NCBI GenBank assembly: GCA_965205505.1
Contig: CBDBHB010000009.1
Span: 352,001 to 416,000 of the forward strand
Direction: 5' to 3'
DNA: 64,000 nt
Source: Acidobacteriota bacterium
GTDB taxonomy: Bacteria > Acidobacteriota > UBA890 > WLXD01
Shown: positions 9,423 through 19,304 of the stretch, in pieces
Layout: each line of letters opens with the position of its first letter
Position numbering within the stretch: the stretch's first letter is position 1
The notes under the pieces: model-generated
What the model was told of the DNA's origin: nothing
Seen by the model: the letters and a program-made list of their open reading frames with translations, nothing else
Databases searched by the model: none
Position numbers and translations under genes: made by a program

Positions 9423-11234
9423 ATGCGGCGAGGCAACACGGCAAGCCGGGTACGGCTCGGCTCGATGGCCGCGGTGATCGCTGTTTTGCTGGCGGCCGGC
9501 CCGGCCGACGCCCAGCGGTTCGAGGAATTCGTCGACTTCGAGCCGACGAAGGAACAGTTCGACTTCGATCGATGGCCGTATCGCCTGCCGGCGGCCGTCA
9601 ATGCTCGGCTGCGGCAGCTCGCGACCCAGTATCCGCAGATCGTCCGCGCCCACCACATCGGCGACAGTCGCCAGGGCAGAGAGCTGTTGATGATGGAGAT
9701 CACCAACTTCGAGACCGGCGACGGCGAGTCGAAGCCGGGCATCTGGATCGAGGCCGGGCTACACCCCAACGAGACGCCCGGACCCGTGTACCTCGAGTAC
9801 TTCGTCGAACGAGCGTCGGCGATGTACGGCGTCGACCCTGCTGTAACAGAGATCCTCGATACCCGAACCTTCTACGTTCTGACCGACTTGAACCCCGACT
9901 CGCGGCAGCTGGCGCTTACCTCGCATCCGGCTTGGCCGGGCTACAACGAACACGAGCAGCCGGGTGCCGATCTCAACAACGACGGCTACATAACCCAGAT
10001 GCGTTGGAAGGACAGCCCGGACGACGAGGAGTATCAGTATCTTCCCGAAGGCAGGCTGCTGGACGAGGACTGGCACATGGATCCCCTCGGCTACGTCTGG
10101 CGGTCCACAGGTGACACCGGATGGGAGGTCAAAGATCGCGAGCGCGACTGGACCGGGCGCCGCGAGCAGCCCGACTACAACCGCAACTTCGGTGCCGAAT
10201 GGGTATCCGAGGACCCCGGGGCGGGCGAGTTCCAGTTCTCGTTGCCGGAGATTTATGCGGTAGCCAAGGAGATGACCGATCGCAAGAACATCTTCTTCAT
10301 GCACGACATCCATGCTGGTGGCGTCGGCCGAGAGTGGATGATCCGGCCGCTCAGCAACGGGTCGTACCAGGACATGCACCACGAGGACAACGACGTTTAC
10401 CGGCGCCTCGAGGTGGCGTGGTCGGTGCTGAGCCCCGGCGATCAGACGTTCAGCGACTACTACACGCCGGCCGGCATCGGCGCCACGATCGGTGGCCTGC
10501 CGCCGGACTGGGCATACCTGCACCAGGGGATCTACGGCTTCGGCAGCGAGGTCGGCGGCTCGGGAATTGACTACGACGGTAGCGGCGAAGTAACGCGCCA
10601 GGAGCTGGAGCGCTGGCACATCGAGGAGATGGGCGGCCAGTTCGCTGAGCCGTGGACGCCCTACGATCACCACCCGGAGCTGGGGCCGATCGAGATCGGC
10701 GGCTACCGAGTGTCGCCCACGGGGCCGTTCCCGCCATCGATCGGCGACATGATGCGCCTCCGCACCGACCGGTCCTTCCGCTATTTCATGTACATCGCGA
10801 GCCTGGCGCCCGAGGTTCGCGTCGTCAACGTGATGTCGACTCAGAACGCCGACGGCACGCTCACCGTCGAGGCCGAGATCCGCAACGAGGGTTGGATCTC
10901 GACCTACGTCACGCAGCGGGCGCTGGAGATCGGCGGATCATCCAACGTCGCCGGGCCGGGCGCGGCGCTCGGCATCCGGCCTCGCGACTTCCCGGTGGTG
11001 GTCGACATCACGGTCGACGGCGGCGAGATTGTCGAGGGCGACGCTTCCCAGAACGTCGGGCACCTGGTGGGGAAGCTCACGTTCATCCGCCAGTGGGCCG
11101 ACGAAGGAGAGGAGGTGCCGTCGAAGACCGCAACCTGGACCGTTCGCCGTCGCGGGTCTGGTCCGGTGATCGTCGAGGTGCGCGCTGCCGCCCACAAGGC
11201 CGGCAGTGACCGGCGCACCCTGGAAATCCGATGA
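9423..11234 (+). CDS. M14 zinc carboxypeptidase, secreted (paralogue 2)
   Basis: HPNE, DYNRNF and DIHAG motifs; start at 9423 or 9399. Confidence 0.88.
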   Translation: MRRGNTASRVRLGSMAAVIAVLLAAGPADAQRFEEFVDFEPTKEQFDFDRWPYRLPAAVNARLRQLATQYPQIVRAHHIGDSRQGRELLMMEITNFETGDGESKPGIWIEAGLHPNETPGPVYLEYFVERASAMYGVDPAVTEILDTRTFYVLTDLNPDSRQLALTSHPAWPGYNEHEQPGADLNNDGYITQMRWKDSPDDEEYQYLPEGRLLDEDWHMDPLGYVWRSTGDTGWEVKDRERDWTGRREQPDYNRNFGAEWVSEDPGAGEFQFSLPEIYAVAKEMTDRKNIFFMHDIHAGGVGREWMIRPLSNGSYQDMHHEDNDVYRRLEVAWSVLSPGDQTFSDYYTPAGIGATIGGLPPDWAYLHQGIYGFGSEVGGSGIDYDGSGEVTRQELERWHIEEMGGQFAEPWTPYDHHPELGPIEIGGYRVSPTGPFPPSIGDMMRLRTDRSFRYFMYIASLAPEVRVVNVMSTQNADGTLTVEAEIRNEGWISTYVTQRALEIGGSSNVAGPGAALGIRPRDFPVVVDITVDGGEIVEGDASQNVGHLVGKLTFIRQWADEGEEVPSKTATWTVRRRGSGPVIVEVRAAAHKAGSDRRTLEIR

Positions 11235-13201
11235 GGCGACCGATGCGACCACTGTTGCTGATACTGCTGATGGCCTCGATGATTGCGCCGAGCGCGTCCG
11301 GGCAAGGTTCGCTCGACGCCATCGCTCATGAGCTTACCGACATCGACTACGACTTCGGCCGTTGGCCGTATCCGCTGTATGCGGAGGTTACCGAGCGCCT
11401 TCAGGAGCTGGCGGCGCAGCACCCGGAGATCGCCAGCCTGCAGAGCATCGGCAAGACGGCCGAGGGCAGAGATCTCTGGTTGATGGAGATCACCAGCTCC
11501 GCGACTGGCCCGGGAGACTCGAAGCCGGGCCTGTGGATCGACGGGAACCTCCATGCGCACGAGGCGAACGGCCGCGTCCGCGCCATGTACATCATCGAGC
11601 GGTTGCTGCAGACGTACGGCGTTGATGATGTCGTCACTCGTCTGATCGACAGCCGCGTCTTCTACATCGTGCCGATGTTCGACGCCGATGGCGGCGAGCG
11701 CTCGCTGACCCGGCATCCGTCGTGGCCCGGCCACGAGCCGCAGCGGCAGGCTGGCCGCGACCTCGACGGCGACGGCTACATCAGCAGCATGCGGGTGAAG
11801 GATCCGGACGGTTGGTGGTACGAGAGTCCACAGGACAGCCGCGTCATGCTACGTCTCCGCGCCCGCGATAATGGGCGCTGGAACTACGTGGCGACCGAGT
11901 ACGACGAGACCAAGCGCTGGCGTTCGAGCGGGCAGCAAGTTCTCGGCTCGACCGCCGTTGGAGCCGCGTCGCGTTGGCAGCCAACCGGCGAGGCTCCGCC
12001 ACCGATCGAGCACCCGGTGCCACCGGAGGAGCGCTACTCCATCTACACGGAAGGGGTGGAGCCGCTGTACCCGATCGACGAGATCAACCTCACGGTGAAC
12101 GGCTTCGAGCGCAACGTCGGCCTCGATCCGCCGCCCTCTGATTTCAATCGCGATTGGGGAGCCGAGTGGCGGCCCGACGAGCCCGGCGGCGGGCCCTTCC
12201 CGTTTTCGCTACCCGAGGTGCGTGCCGCGGCGTTTTTCATTACCGGGCACAAGAACATCTTTTTCCAGTACAACATGCACGCCGATCAGACGGCGCGGAA
12301 CTACACTGCTCGGCCCGGCCTGCACCACCCGTACGATTGGATGGCGCCCGAGGACAATGAGTTCTACACGCGCATCGGGGCCGTGTGGTCGGCGCTGGGC
12401 GGCGGCAACATCATCGAGAACAACTACTATAGCCAGGAGATCGCCGCCGGCGCCTACACCGACGTGCAGCACGGCTGCGAGATCGATTGGGCCTATATTA
12501 GCCGCGGCATTCACGCCCTGATGCCCGAGGGCATGGCCATCGGTAAGGACTACGACGGTGATCGCTACGTCACCGTGTTCGAGATCTTGCGCTGGAACGA
12601 TGAGGACAAGGGCGGCGAGCTCTGGAGTCACTGGGAGCGCTACGAGCATCCGACGCTTGGGCAGGTGGAGATCGGCGGGCCGCGCGGCATGCCGCCGGGC
12701 CTGGACGAGCGCATGCGTGACCAGGCCGACCTGCACTACCGTTTCCTGCTCTACATCGCCGACCAGGCGCCGGCGCTCCAGATCGCCGGCCTGTCGGCCG
12801 AGCGCGTTGCCGAGGGTGAGTATCGGGTGGTAGCGACGCTGCAGAACCAGGGCTACCTGCCGACCTATGTGAGCCGCAAGGCGCTGGAGATCCGGCGTGA
12901 CAATCCGATTCTGGCCGAGCTCGAGGTCGACGGCGGGGAGGTCGAGGGCGGCGCGTTGCAGAACGCCGGGCATATCCTCGGCAGGCACTCGTACATCTGG
13001 CGCTGGGGTGCCGGTGCCGACGAATCGACCAAGAAGATCGAGTGGCGCGTCTACGCTGAAGCAGGCGCTGAGGTGTTGCTGGAGGTTCGCGCTGCTCAGG
13101 CGGGACGTGATCGGGCGACGATCACCCTGGGGTCGGCGAATGAGGTCCGAAATGCCGGTCGCCCGTCGTCCAAGGCGCGATCGGGTCCCGAAGGGAGGTA
13201 A
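11231..13201 (+). CDS. M14 zinc carboxypeptidase, secreted (paralogue 3)
   Basis: ATGA overlap; HAHE, DFNRDW and NMHA motifs. Confidence 0.88.
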   Translation: MRRPMRPLLLILLMASMIAPSASGQGSLDAIAHELTDIDYDFGRWPYPLYAEVTERLQELAAQHPEIASLQSIGKTAEGRDLWLMEITSSATGPGDSKPGLWIDGNLHAHEANGRVRAMYIIERLLQTYGVDDVVTRLIDSRVFYIVPMFDADGGERSLTRHPSWPGHEPQRQAGRDLDGDGYISSMRVKDPDGWWYESPQDSRVMLRLRARDNGRWNYVATEYDETKRWRSSGQQVLGSTAVGAASRWQPTGEAPPPIEHPVPPEERYSIYTEGVEPLYPIDEINLTVNGFERNVGLDPPPSDFNRDWGAEWRPDEPGGGPFPFSLPEVRAAAFFITGHKNIFFQYNMHADQTARNYTARPGLHHPYDWMAPEDNEFYTRIGAVWSALGGGNIIENNYYSQEIAAGAYTDVQHGCEIDWAYISRGIHALMPEGMAIGKDYDGDRYVTVFEILRWNDEDKGGELWSHWERYEHPTLGQVEIGGPRGMPPGLDERMRDQADLHYRFLLYIADQAPALQIAGLSAERVAEGEYRVVATLQNQGYLPTYVSRKALEIRRDNPILAELEVDGGEVEGGALQNAGHILGRHSYIWRWGAGADESTKKIEWRVYAEAGAEVLLEVRAAQAGRDRATITLGSANEVRNAGRPSSKARSGPEGR

Positions 13202-13202
13202 C

Positions 13203-14570
13203 ATGCGCGCGCGAGTTCTTTGGACGACGACCGTCATCGCCGTGGCCGTGGCAGGCTGTCAGGTGGCGCCCTCGCCCCGGCAAGCCACCGACGGACCCCA
13301 CGCCAGCAGATTGCCGCCGCTGCGTGAGCGCGTCGAGATCGCCGAACGCTGGACCCAGTGGAAGCGGGAAAACGTGCTCCCGATGGTCATGCGTGAGCAG
13401 GGCGTCGATCTGTGGATCATTCGCGACAACGAGGCCGACCTCTACTACAACAACGAAGGGCCGGTGTATTCATCGCTGGTACCAGCCGATCTGCGCGGCA
13501 TGATCTTCGACGGCCAGTACGGCGACTCGAAGCCGGTGTTCCTGCTGTTCTACGACAACGGCGATGAGATCGAGTACGTCGAGCCGCGCAGCTACGACCA
13601 CATTGGCGAGCTCGTTGCCGAACGTGATCCCGACACTATCGCGATCAGCTTGTTCGACAACGAGCCGATGCTCACAGCGCTGGGAAGCTATGCCTCGCGC
13701 ACGGTCGACTCGTGGACGCTCGGCGTACGCTGGTACGAGACCGTCAGCGCCGAGATGATCGAGCGCTTCCGCGACGTCGTGGGGCTGGCGAACGAGATCA
13801 TCGCCGAGGCGTTATCGAGCGCCACCGTCACTCCGAACGTGACCACGACGGACGATCTCAACTGGTGGTTCCGCCAACGGATGCTCGACCTGGGGATCGA
13901 GCACGAGAACCACCCGAGCATCTCGATCCAGCGCAGTCTGGCGGACATCGAGAAGTACGACGACCCGATGGAGCATGTCGTTGGCGCCCGCACCCGCAAC
14001 GATATCGACGTGGTGATCCGACGCGGTGATGTGCTACGAGTCGACACCGACGTGTTCATGTTTGGCTTGGTTACCGATACGCACCAATACGCCTACGTAC
14101 TGCGCGAGGGCGAGACCGAAGTTCCTGTCGAGCTGGTGGATGCCCTCGACTCGGCGAATGCAATTCAGGATCAGTTCGCCGCCGAGTTCAAGGTCGGGCG
14201 AACCGGCAAGGAGATCGTCGCGGCATCCAACGCCTTGACGTTCCCCGACAACCTGGCCGGTCCGCCAACCAACGACTTTCATCCACCGCCGAAATACATG
14301 CTTCGCTTCCACCGTGACGGTTGGATGCTGTCGACCAAGACCGCGGTGGTAGGCATGACGTCGGGCCCGGGCTACGCGTCGACGTCGATCGTTACCAACG
14401 ACCACACGCTGCACCACAACACCCTCTATGCCTTCGAGCCGCATATCGATGTCACCATCAAAGGCTGGGGCGAGCAAGGTCTGGAGCTCGGCCACGGTCA
14501 GATAGTGGCCTTTACCGAGAACGGCTTCGAGTTCCTGAATCGAGCTCCCGATTGGCACGTAATTCGCTGA
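13203..14570 (+). CDS. Divergent M24-family peptidase, lipoprotein
   Basis: GGAGG RBS; lipobox VAGC; RRGDVLRVD..TDTHQYAYVLREGE motif. Confidence 0.75.
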   Translation: MRARVLWTTTVIAVAVAGCQVAPSPRQATDGPHASRLPPLRERVEIAERWTQWKRENVLPMVMREQGVDLWIIRDNEADLYYNNEGPVYSSLVPADLRGMIFDGQYGDSKPVFLLFYDNGDEIEYVEPRSYDHIGELVAERDPDTIAISLFDNEPMLTALGSYASRTVDSWTLGVRWYETVSAEMIERFRDVVGLANEIIAEALSSATVTPNVTTTDDLNWWFRQRMLDLGIEHENHPSISIQRSLADIEKYDDPMEHVVGARTRNDIDVVIRRGDVLRVDTDVFMFGLVTDTHQYAYVLREGETEVPVELVDALDSANAIQDQFAAEFKVGRTGKEIVAASNALTFPDNLAGPPTNDFHPPPKYMLRFHRDGWMLSTKTAVVGMTSGPGYASTSIVTNDHTLHHNTLYAFEPHIDVTIKGWGEQGLELGHGQIVAFTENGFEFLNRAPDWHVIR

Positions 14571-14575
14571 CGCCG

Positions 14576-15598
14576 ATGCCGAAGCCGCTGTCTGGTTTGA
14601 TTGTTGCAGGCATCGGGAGCTCACCTGTCGTTTGGATCATGGTCGCGGCGCTGCTCGGCGGCGCGATGCAGGCGTGTGGTCGGCCAGGGGGTGAGGTGGA
14701 GGAAGTTGCGGCCGGTGTGCTGGTACCGGAGATCAACGGCGAGTGGTGGCGGATCGCCGGCAATCCGGATCTGGGCGAGTTCACCAGCCCGGAGCAGGAG
14801 CCCACCGCCTTCGGCGTTTGGCAGGCGGCCGACGGAACTTGGCAGCTGTGGGGTTGCATCCGCAAGACCAATGTCGGCGGCAATACTCGGCTCTTCTTTC
14901 GCTGGGAAGGTGCTCGCATTACCGACATCGACTGGCAGCCTGTGGGCATCGCCATGATGGCCGACTCGAGCGTCGGCGAGACTCCCGGCGGCCTGCAGTC
15001 GCCGCACGCAACGCGGATCGGCGACGAATGGATTCTTGCCTACGGAGACTGGGAGCATATTTGCTTCGCGCGCAGCCCTGATGGCAAGGGGTTCACCCGC
15101 CAGATCGGCGACGACGGCATCGCCGGGGCGTTCGATGAGGGGCTGGGCAACAGCACGCGTGATCCGATGATCACGCAATTCGATGGCACCTACTATGTCT
15201 ACTACACGGCCAACCCGGGCGGAGTGGGATCGGTCTATGCACGCACCTCACCCGACCTGATGACCTGGAGCGAGTCGATCATCGTCTCGGCAGGTGGTAG
15301 CGCCGGTAGCGATTGGTTCGACGGCGAGGTGCCCGCCGTGCTGTGGATCGATGAAGCACAGGCGTACTACCTGTTCCGAACGCACTCGAGCCCGGCAGTC
15401 GGGGGGCGCATGCTGACCTCTGTTTACCGATCCACCGATCCGCTCGACTTCGGTGTTGGTGATGACCGCTACCTGGTGACGACGCTGGACAGCGAGGCCA
15501 CCTGGGTGGTCCGCGAGGCCGACAGCTACTATGTCGCCGCGGTGATGCCAGATCTGAGCGGCTATCGCGTCGCGCGGCTCGAGTGGGTGCGCCGCTAG
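14576..15598 (+). CDS. Five-bladed beta-propeller glycoside hydrolase-like lipoprotein (GH43/32/130 clan-like)
   Basis: RDP motif, SPDGK/SPDL Asp-box-like turns, MQAC lipobox. Confidence 0.6.
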   Translation: MPKPLSGLIVAGIGSSPVVWIMVAALLGGAMQACGRPGGEVEEVAAGVLVPEINGEWWRIAGNPDLGEFTSPEQEPTAFGVWQAADGTWQLWGCIRKTNVGGNTRLFFRWEGARITDIDWQPVGIAMMADSSVGETPGGLQSPHATRIGDEWILAYGDWEHICFARSPDGKGFTRQIGDDGIAGAFDEGLGNSTRDPMITQFDGTYYVYYTANPGGVGSVYARTSPDLMTWSESIIVSAGGSAGSDWFDGEVPAVLWIDEAQAYYLFRTHSSPAVGGRMLTSVYRSTDPLDFGVGDDRYLVTTLDSEATWVVREADSYYVAAVMPDLSGYRVARLEWVRR

Positions 15599-15873
15599 CA
15601 GGTCGTGGTGAAAGTGTGGTGGGTCTGGCGACAGGGTCTTGCGAAGTGGAGGCGAGGAGAGAGGAGGAGGCGATGGTTACCCCATCGTTGACGAGGAACG
15701 ACGCAGCAAACGCGCGCAACCCCCTGTCGCCCGAAGGGTTACGGCGATTTGGGGCCATTTGCGGCGTTGGCCTTCCTCGACGATGGCTAGGGTATCGCCA
15801 GTGTCAGGCCGCCTTGCATCTGGCCCCAACTCGCCGTAACCAGACCCACCACACTTTCACCACGGCCTGCTAG
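15595..15873. mobile_element. MITE-like element A (279 bp, CTAG ends)
   Basis: Terminal inverted repeats CTAGCAGGTCGTGGTGAAAGTGTGGTGGGTCTGG (15595-15628) and 15840-15873 match at 33/34; no credible CDS inside. Confidence 0.85.
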
Positions 15874-15878
15874 CAGGC

Positions 15879-17141
15879 ATGGCCCGCACGATCAGGAACA
15901 TCCGCTGGCGCGTCGCCGGGGTGGTGACGCTCGACACGGCCAACAACTACATGGACCGGATGACCCTGTCGGTGGTGATCATCCAGGTGCAGGTGGCGCT
16001 GTCGATCAGCGAGTCGCAGTATGCCACCCTCAATAGCCTGTTCCTGTTCGCCTACGCCATCATGTACGCCGTAGGCGGGCGGCTGGTCGACCGCCTCGGT
16101 ACCTACGCTGGCTTCCTGCTGATCAACGTGTTCTGGGCGCTGGCGGTGATCGCCCACGGCTTCTCCAACGGCTTCGTTGGCCTCGCCGTGTCGCGGTTCC
16201 TGCTCGGGGTCGGCGAGGGTGGGGGATTTCCTGCCTCGAGCAAGGCGGTGTCCGAGTGGTTCCCGGCGCGCGAGCGCTCCACTGCCTTCGGGCTGTTCAA
16301 CACCGGGTCGAGCATCGGCTCGGTGATCGCAGTGCCGCTGTTCAGCTTCATCATGATCGCCCTGGGCTGGCGCTGGGTGTTCTTTGTCGCTGGCGGGCTG
16401 GGGCTGCTCTGGTGTCTGTACTGGGCCTTCTTCTACCGGCTCCCGCACGAGCACCCACGCATCACCCCCGAGGAGCTGGAGCTCATCAGCGTGGCGCACC
16501 GTGAGGAGGCCGGGGGCGCCGCCGAAGAAGGCCCGCGCTGGCTGACGCTGTTCGCACACCGCGAGCTGCGCTGTCTGCTGGTGATCAAGTTCCTCACCGA
16601 TCCGGTCTGGTACTTCTACATCTTCTGGATTCCGAAGTACCTGTTCGATGTACGCGGCTTCAACATCGCCGAGGTCGGCTACTTCGCCTGGATTCCGTAT
16701 GCGGCGGCCGGTTGCGGCAGCTTGTTTGGTGGCTGGCTGTCGAGCCGGTTGCTGGGGCGAGGACAGAGCCTCGATCGCGCCCGCAAGATCACCCTCGGGC
16801 TCGGCGCCGCGCTCATGCCGGCTGCGGCGTTAGTAGTTTCGGTGCCGGCGGGCATCGCCATCCTGTTCATCAGCCTGGCGTTCATGGGGCATCAGATCTG
16901 GAACGTCGTCGTGCAGACGCTGCCGGCCGACCTCTACCCGAAGAGCCAGGTAGGCTCGGTGGCAGGCCTGATCGGCTCCGCCGGCGCTTTCGGCGGCATG
17001 GCCTTCGCCGCCCTGGTGGGCTGGATTCTGGCCTCGTCAGGCAGCTACGCGCCGATATTCGCCATCGTCAGCCTGCTGCACCCGGTGTCGTTCGGGCTCA
17101 TCCTCTGGGCCATCCCGAGGATCCGGCGGCTGGGCGTCTGA
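15879..17141 (+). CDS. MFS transporter, ACS/ExuT (hexuronate transporter)-like
   Basis: NYMDR, GRLVDRLG, EGGGFP, EWFPARER and DPVWYFY motifs. Confidence 0.88.
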   Translation: MARTIRNIRWRVAGVVTLDTANNYMDRMTLSVVIIQVQVALSISESQYATLNSLFLFAYAIMYAVGGRLVDRLGTYAGFLLINVFWALAVIAHGFSNGFVGLAVSRFLLGVGEGGGFPASSKAVSEWFPARERSTAFGLFNTGSSIGSVIAVPLFSFIMIALGWRWVFFVAGGLGLLWCLYWAFFYRLPHEHPRITPEELELISVAHREEAGGAAEEGPRWLTLFAHRELRCLLVIKFLTDPVWYFYIFWIPKYLFDVRGFNIAEVGYFAWIPYAAAGCGSLFGGWLSSRLLGRGQSLDRARKITLGLGAALMPAAALVVSVPAGIAILFISLAFMGHQIWNVVVQTLPADLYPKSQVGSVAGLIGSAGAFGGMAFAALVGWILASSGSYAPIFAIVSLLHPVSFGLILWAIPRIRRLGV

Positions 17142-17233
17142 GCGACGAGGCGTCGACGACGAAGGCGGAGGCGAACCTTGCTGGTCATTCTGTCCATCTC
17201 CTTACAATAGTAAGGATGATCTCCTTTGGACGG

Positions 17234-17250
17234 CCACCACGGCCTGCTAG
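17234..17250. repeat. Isolated right end of the element-A repeat family
   Basis: CCACCACGGCCTGCTAG matches the element A terminus; its CTA is the stop codon of the TonB receptor gene. Confidence 0.7.
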
Positions 17251-19304
17251 CGTCCGGTGTATCGAACCCCGACGCGGAGCGATCGCGAGGCACCCGGGAA
17301 CCCGATGAGCGTCTCGTAGCTGGCGTTGGCGAGGTTGTCGGCTCGCGCGACGACGGCGACCTGCGGCGCGAGCTTCCATGAGCCGCTCATCCCCAGCAGT
17401 GTGCGACCATCGACACGGTCTCGACCGGGGACGGGAAGCTGGCGGTCGAAGCTGCCGGCAACCTGCTGGACGTCGAGCGCCAGCAGCACTCGATCGTGTG
17501 CTCTCCAGGTAGCGCGAAGGCTCGACAGCCACTCGGGTCGCTGCAACAACGGCTCCGGGGAGCTCAGGTCTTCGACTTCCTGATATGTAGCGGTGACGGC
17601 GACGTTGAAGCGATCGTCGGCTCGCCATCCTAGGCTCATCTCCGCGCCGCGCGTCTCCACAGCATCGCGATTGATGTTCTGGAAGGTCTCAAAATCGAAG
17701 TCGACGAGATCGCTGAAGCGGTTGTAGAAGGCCGTCACCCCGAGGCTCACGCCGGCTTCGCGCCACTCGTGCTGCAGGCCGAGATCGGCGCCCCACGAGG
17801 TCTCGGGCCGGAGATCTGGGTTGCCGCCGAGCGCCCGCGGGCTGGCGAGCGCGAAGAAGCTGGGCAGCTTGAAGGCGCGCCCGACCGAGGCGCGAATCCG
17901 TGTGTCGTTACCGGTTCGGTAGGCGATACCGAACCGTGGGCTGAACTGCGCGTCGCTGCTGTCCGAGAAGTCCAACCGAGTGCCAACCTCGACAACGACG
18001 TCGGCGAGCTCCAACACGAGTTCGGCGAAAGGGCCGCCGACGGTCCGGGTGACGTTGTAATCACCGGCTATGTCGCCGCCCAGAAAGGGCGGCAGCGCCA
18101 GCACGCTGGCGACGTCGCCGCTCTCCCGCGTTACATCGAACCCAGCGCTGACGAAGCCGACATCGGAGGTCCGGAAGACAGCCGAGGCGCCGAGGCGGGC
18201 GCGGGTGAAGCGGGCGTGTTCGACCGCAGCCGGCACCAGCGGCGGCACGGCGGGGCTGATTCGGTCGAGCGTGTGGCGGTAAACGGAGGCGTTGAAGCGG
18301 AACTGCCGTCGATCGGTCGGACTCACGGTCAGATCGGCGCCCAGGCTGAGCTCGTCGTTGCGCGACGTGCGCAGCTCGCCAGACCCGAAGATCGGCCCGC
18401 CGGAGGCGACAGGGTAGTCATCGGCGTCCCAGCTAGCGACGCGACCGGCGAGCTGAAGATCGGTTGTCGCCGTGGGCCGCAAGCCGAGCCGCGCCTGGGC
18501 GTCGAACTGCTCGAAACGGTCGTCGCCGATGCGTCCCTGCTCGCGCTCGAATTGCAGCGCGACGGAATAGTCATGGCTCTGCTTCGAGTTGCTGATCCGC
18601 GTCGAGGCGCGAACCAACGATGCCGAACCGCCCTCGATCGCGGCACTGATCGACGGCCCCTCGCCGCCTGGCGCCGCTGCGCCGGACGTTGTGCCGCCCA
18701 CCGGCGCGCCCGCGCCCGCCGGCCCGGCCCGGGTGATGATGTTGATTGCACCTGCCAACCCGGTGGAGCCGAAGTGCGCCGACAGCGGTCCGGAAACCAC
18801 TTCGATGCGCTCGATCGTCTCTGTCGGCAAGCTGTTGAGGTTGAACGCTCCACCCTGCTGGTCGTTGGTGTCGTTGAGCGGGATGCCGTCGAGCAGCACG
18901 AGCGTGAAGTTGGGGTCGCCGCCACGTATCTGCGCTGCCGTCGAGCCGCCGCGCGAGCCGTCGGTGAGCAGCTGCACGCCGGGCACGAATCGCAGCAGCT
19001 CGGCGGCAGAGCGAGCCGCCAGCGCTTCAATGGTTGCGCGCTCGATCACGAACACCGCCGCGGTGGTCGAGGAGATCGGGCGATCGGTGACCGTGGCGGT
19101 GGAGTAGATGCGCCGCAGCTCAGGCGTCTGGGAGCTGGCCTCGTCGTTCTGTCGAGGTTGCTCGTCGGCTGGCTGCGCGCCGGCGTCCGCTGTTTGTTCA
19201 GGTCTCTCGGCTGTTCGCGCACCGGCATCCTCGACCCCGAGCAGCATGCCGAGCGCTGCGCTGAGCGCCAGCAGTCCGACGGCGGGCGCTCTAGCTGCCA
19301 ACAC
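17247..19304 (-). CDS. TonB-dependent receptor (BtuB-like plug and barrel)
   Basis: IRGG..NFTLVLLDG, IERIEVV.GP, NPDLRPE motifs; ends in VGVRY. Confidence 0.9.
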   Translation of the reverse strand: MLAARAPAVGLLALSAALGMLLGVEDAGARTAERPEQTADAGAQPADEQPRQNDEASSQTPELRRIYSTATVTDRPISSTTAAVFVIERATIEALAARSAAELLRFVPGVQLLTDGSRGGSTAAQIRGGDPNFTLVLLDGIPLNDTNDQQGGAFNLNSLPTETIERIEVVSGPLSAHFGSTGLAGAINIITRAGPAGAGAPVGGTTSGAAAPGGEGPSISAAIEGGSASLVRASTRISNSKQSHDYSVALQFEREQGRIGDDRFEQFDAQARLGLRPTATTDLQLAGRVASWDADDYPVASGGPIFGSGELRTSRNDELSLGADLTVSPTDRRQFRFNASVYRHTLDRISPAVPPLVPAAVEHARFTRARLGASAVFRTSDVGFVSAGFDVTRESGDVASVLALPPFLGGDIAGDYNVTRTVGGPFAELVLELADVVVEVGTRLDFSDSSDAQFSPRFGIAYRTGNDTRIRASVGRAFKLPSFFALASPRALGGNPDLRPETSWGADLGLQHEWREAGVSLGVTAFYNRFSDLVDFDFETFQNINRDAVETRGAEMSLGWRADDRFNVAVTATYQEVEDLSSPEPLLQRPEWLSSLRATWRAHDRVLLALDVQQVAGSFDRQLPVPGRDRVDGRTLLGMSGSWKLAPQVAVVARADNLANASYETLIGFPGASRSLRVGVRYTGR

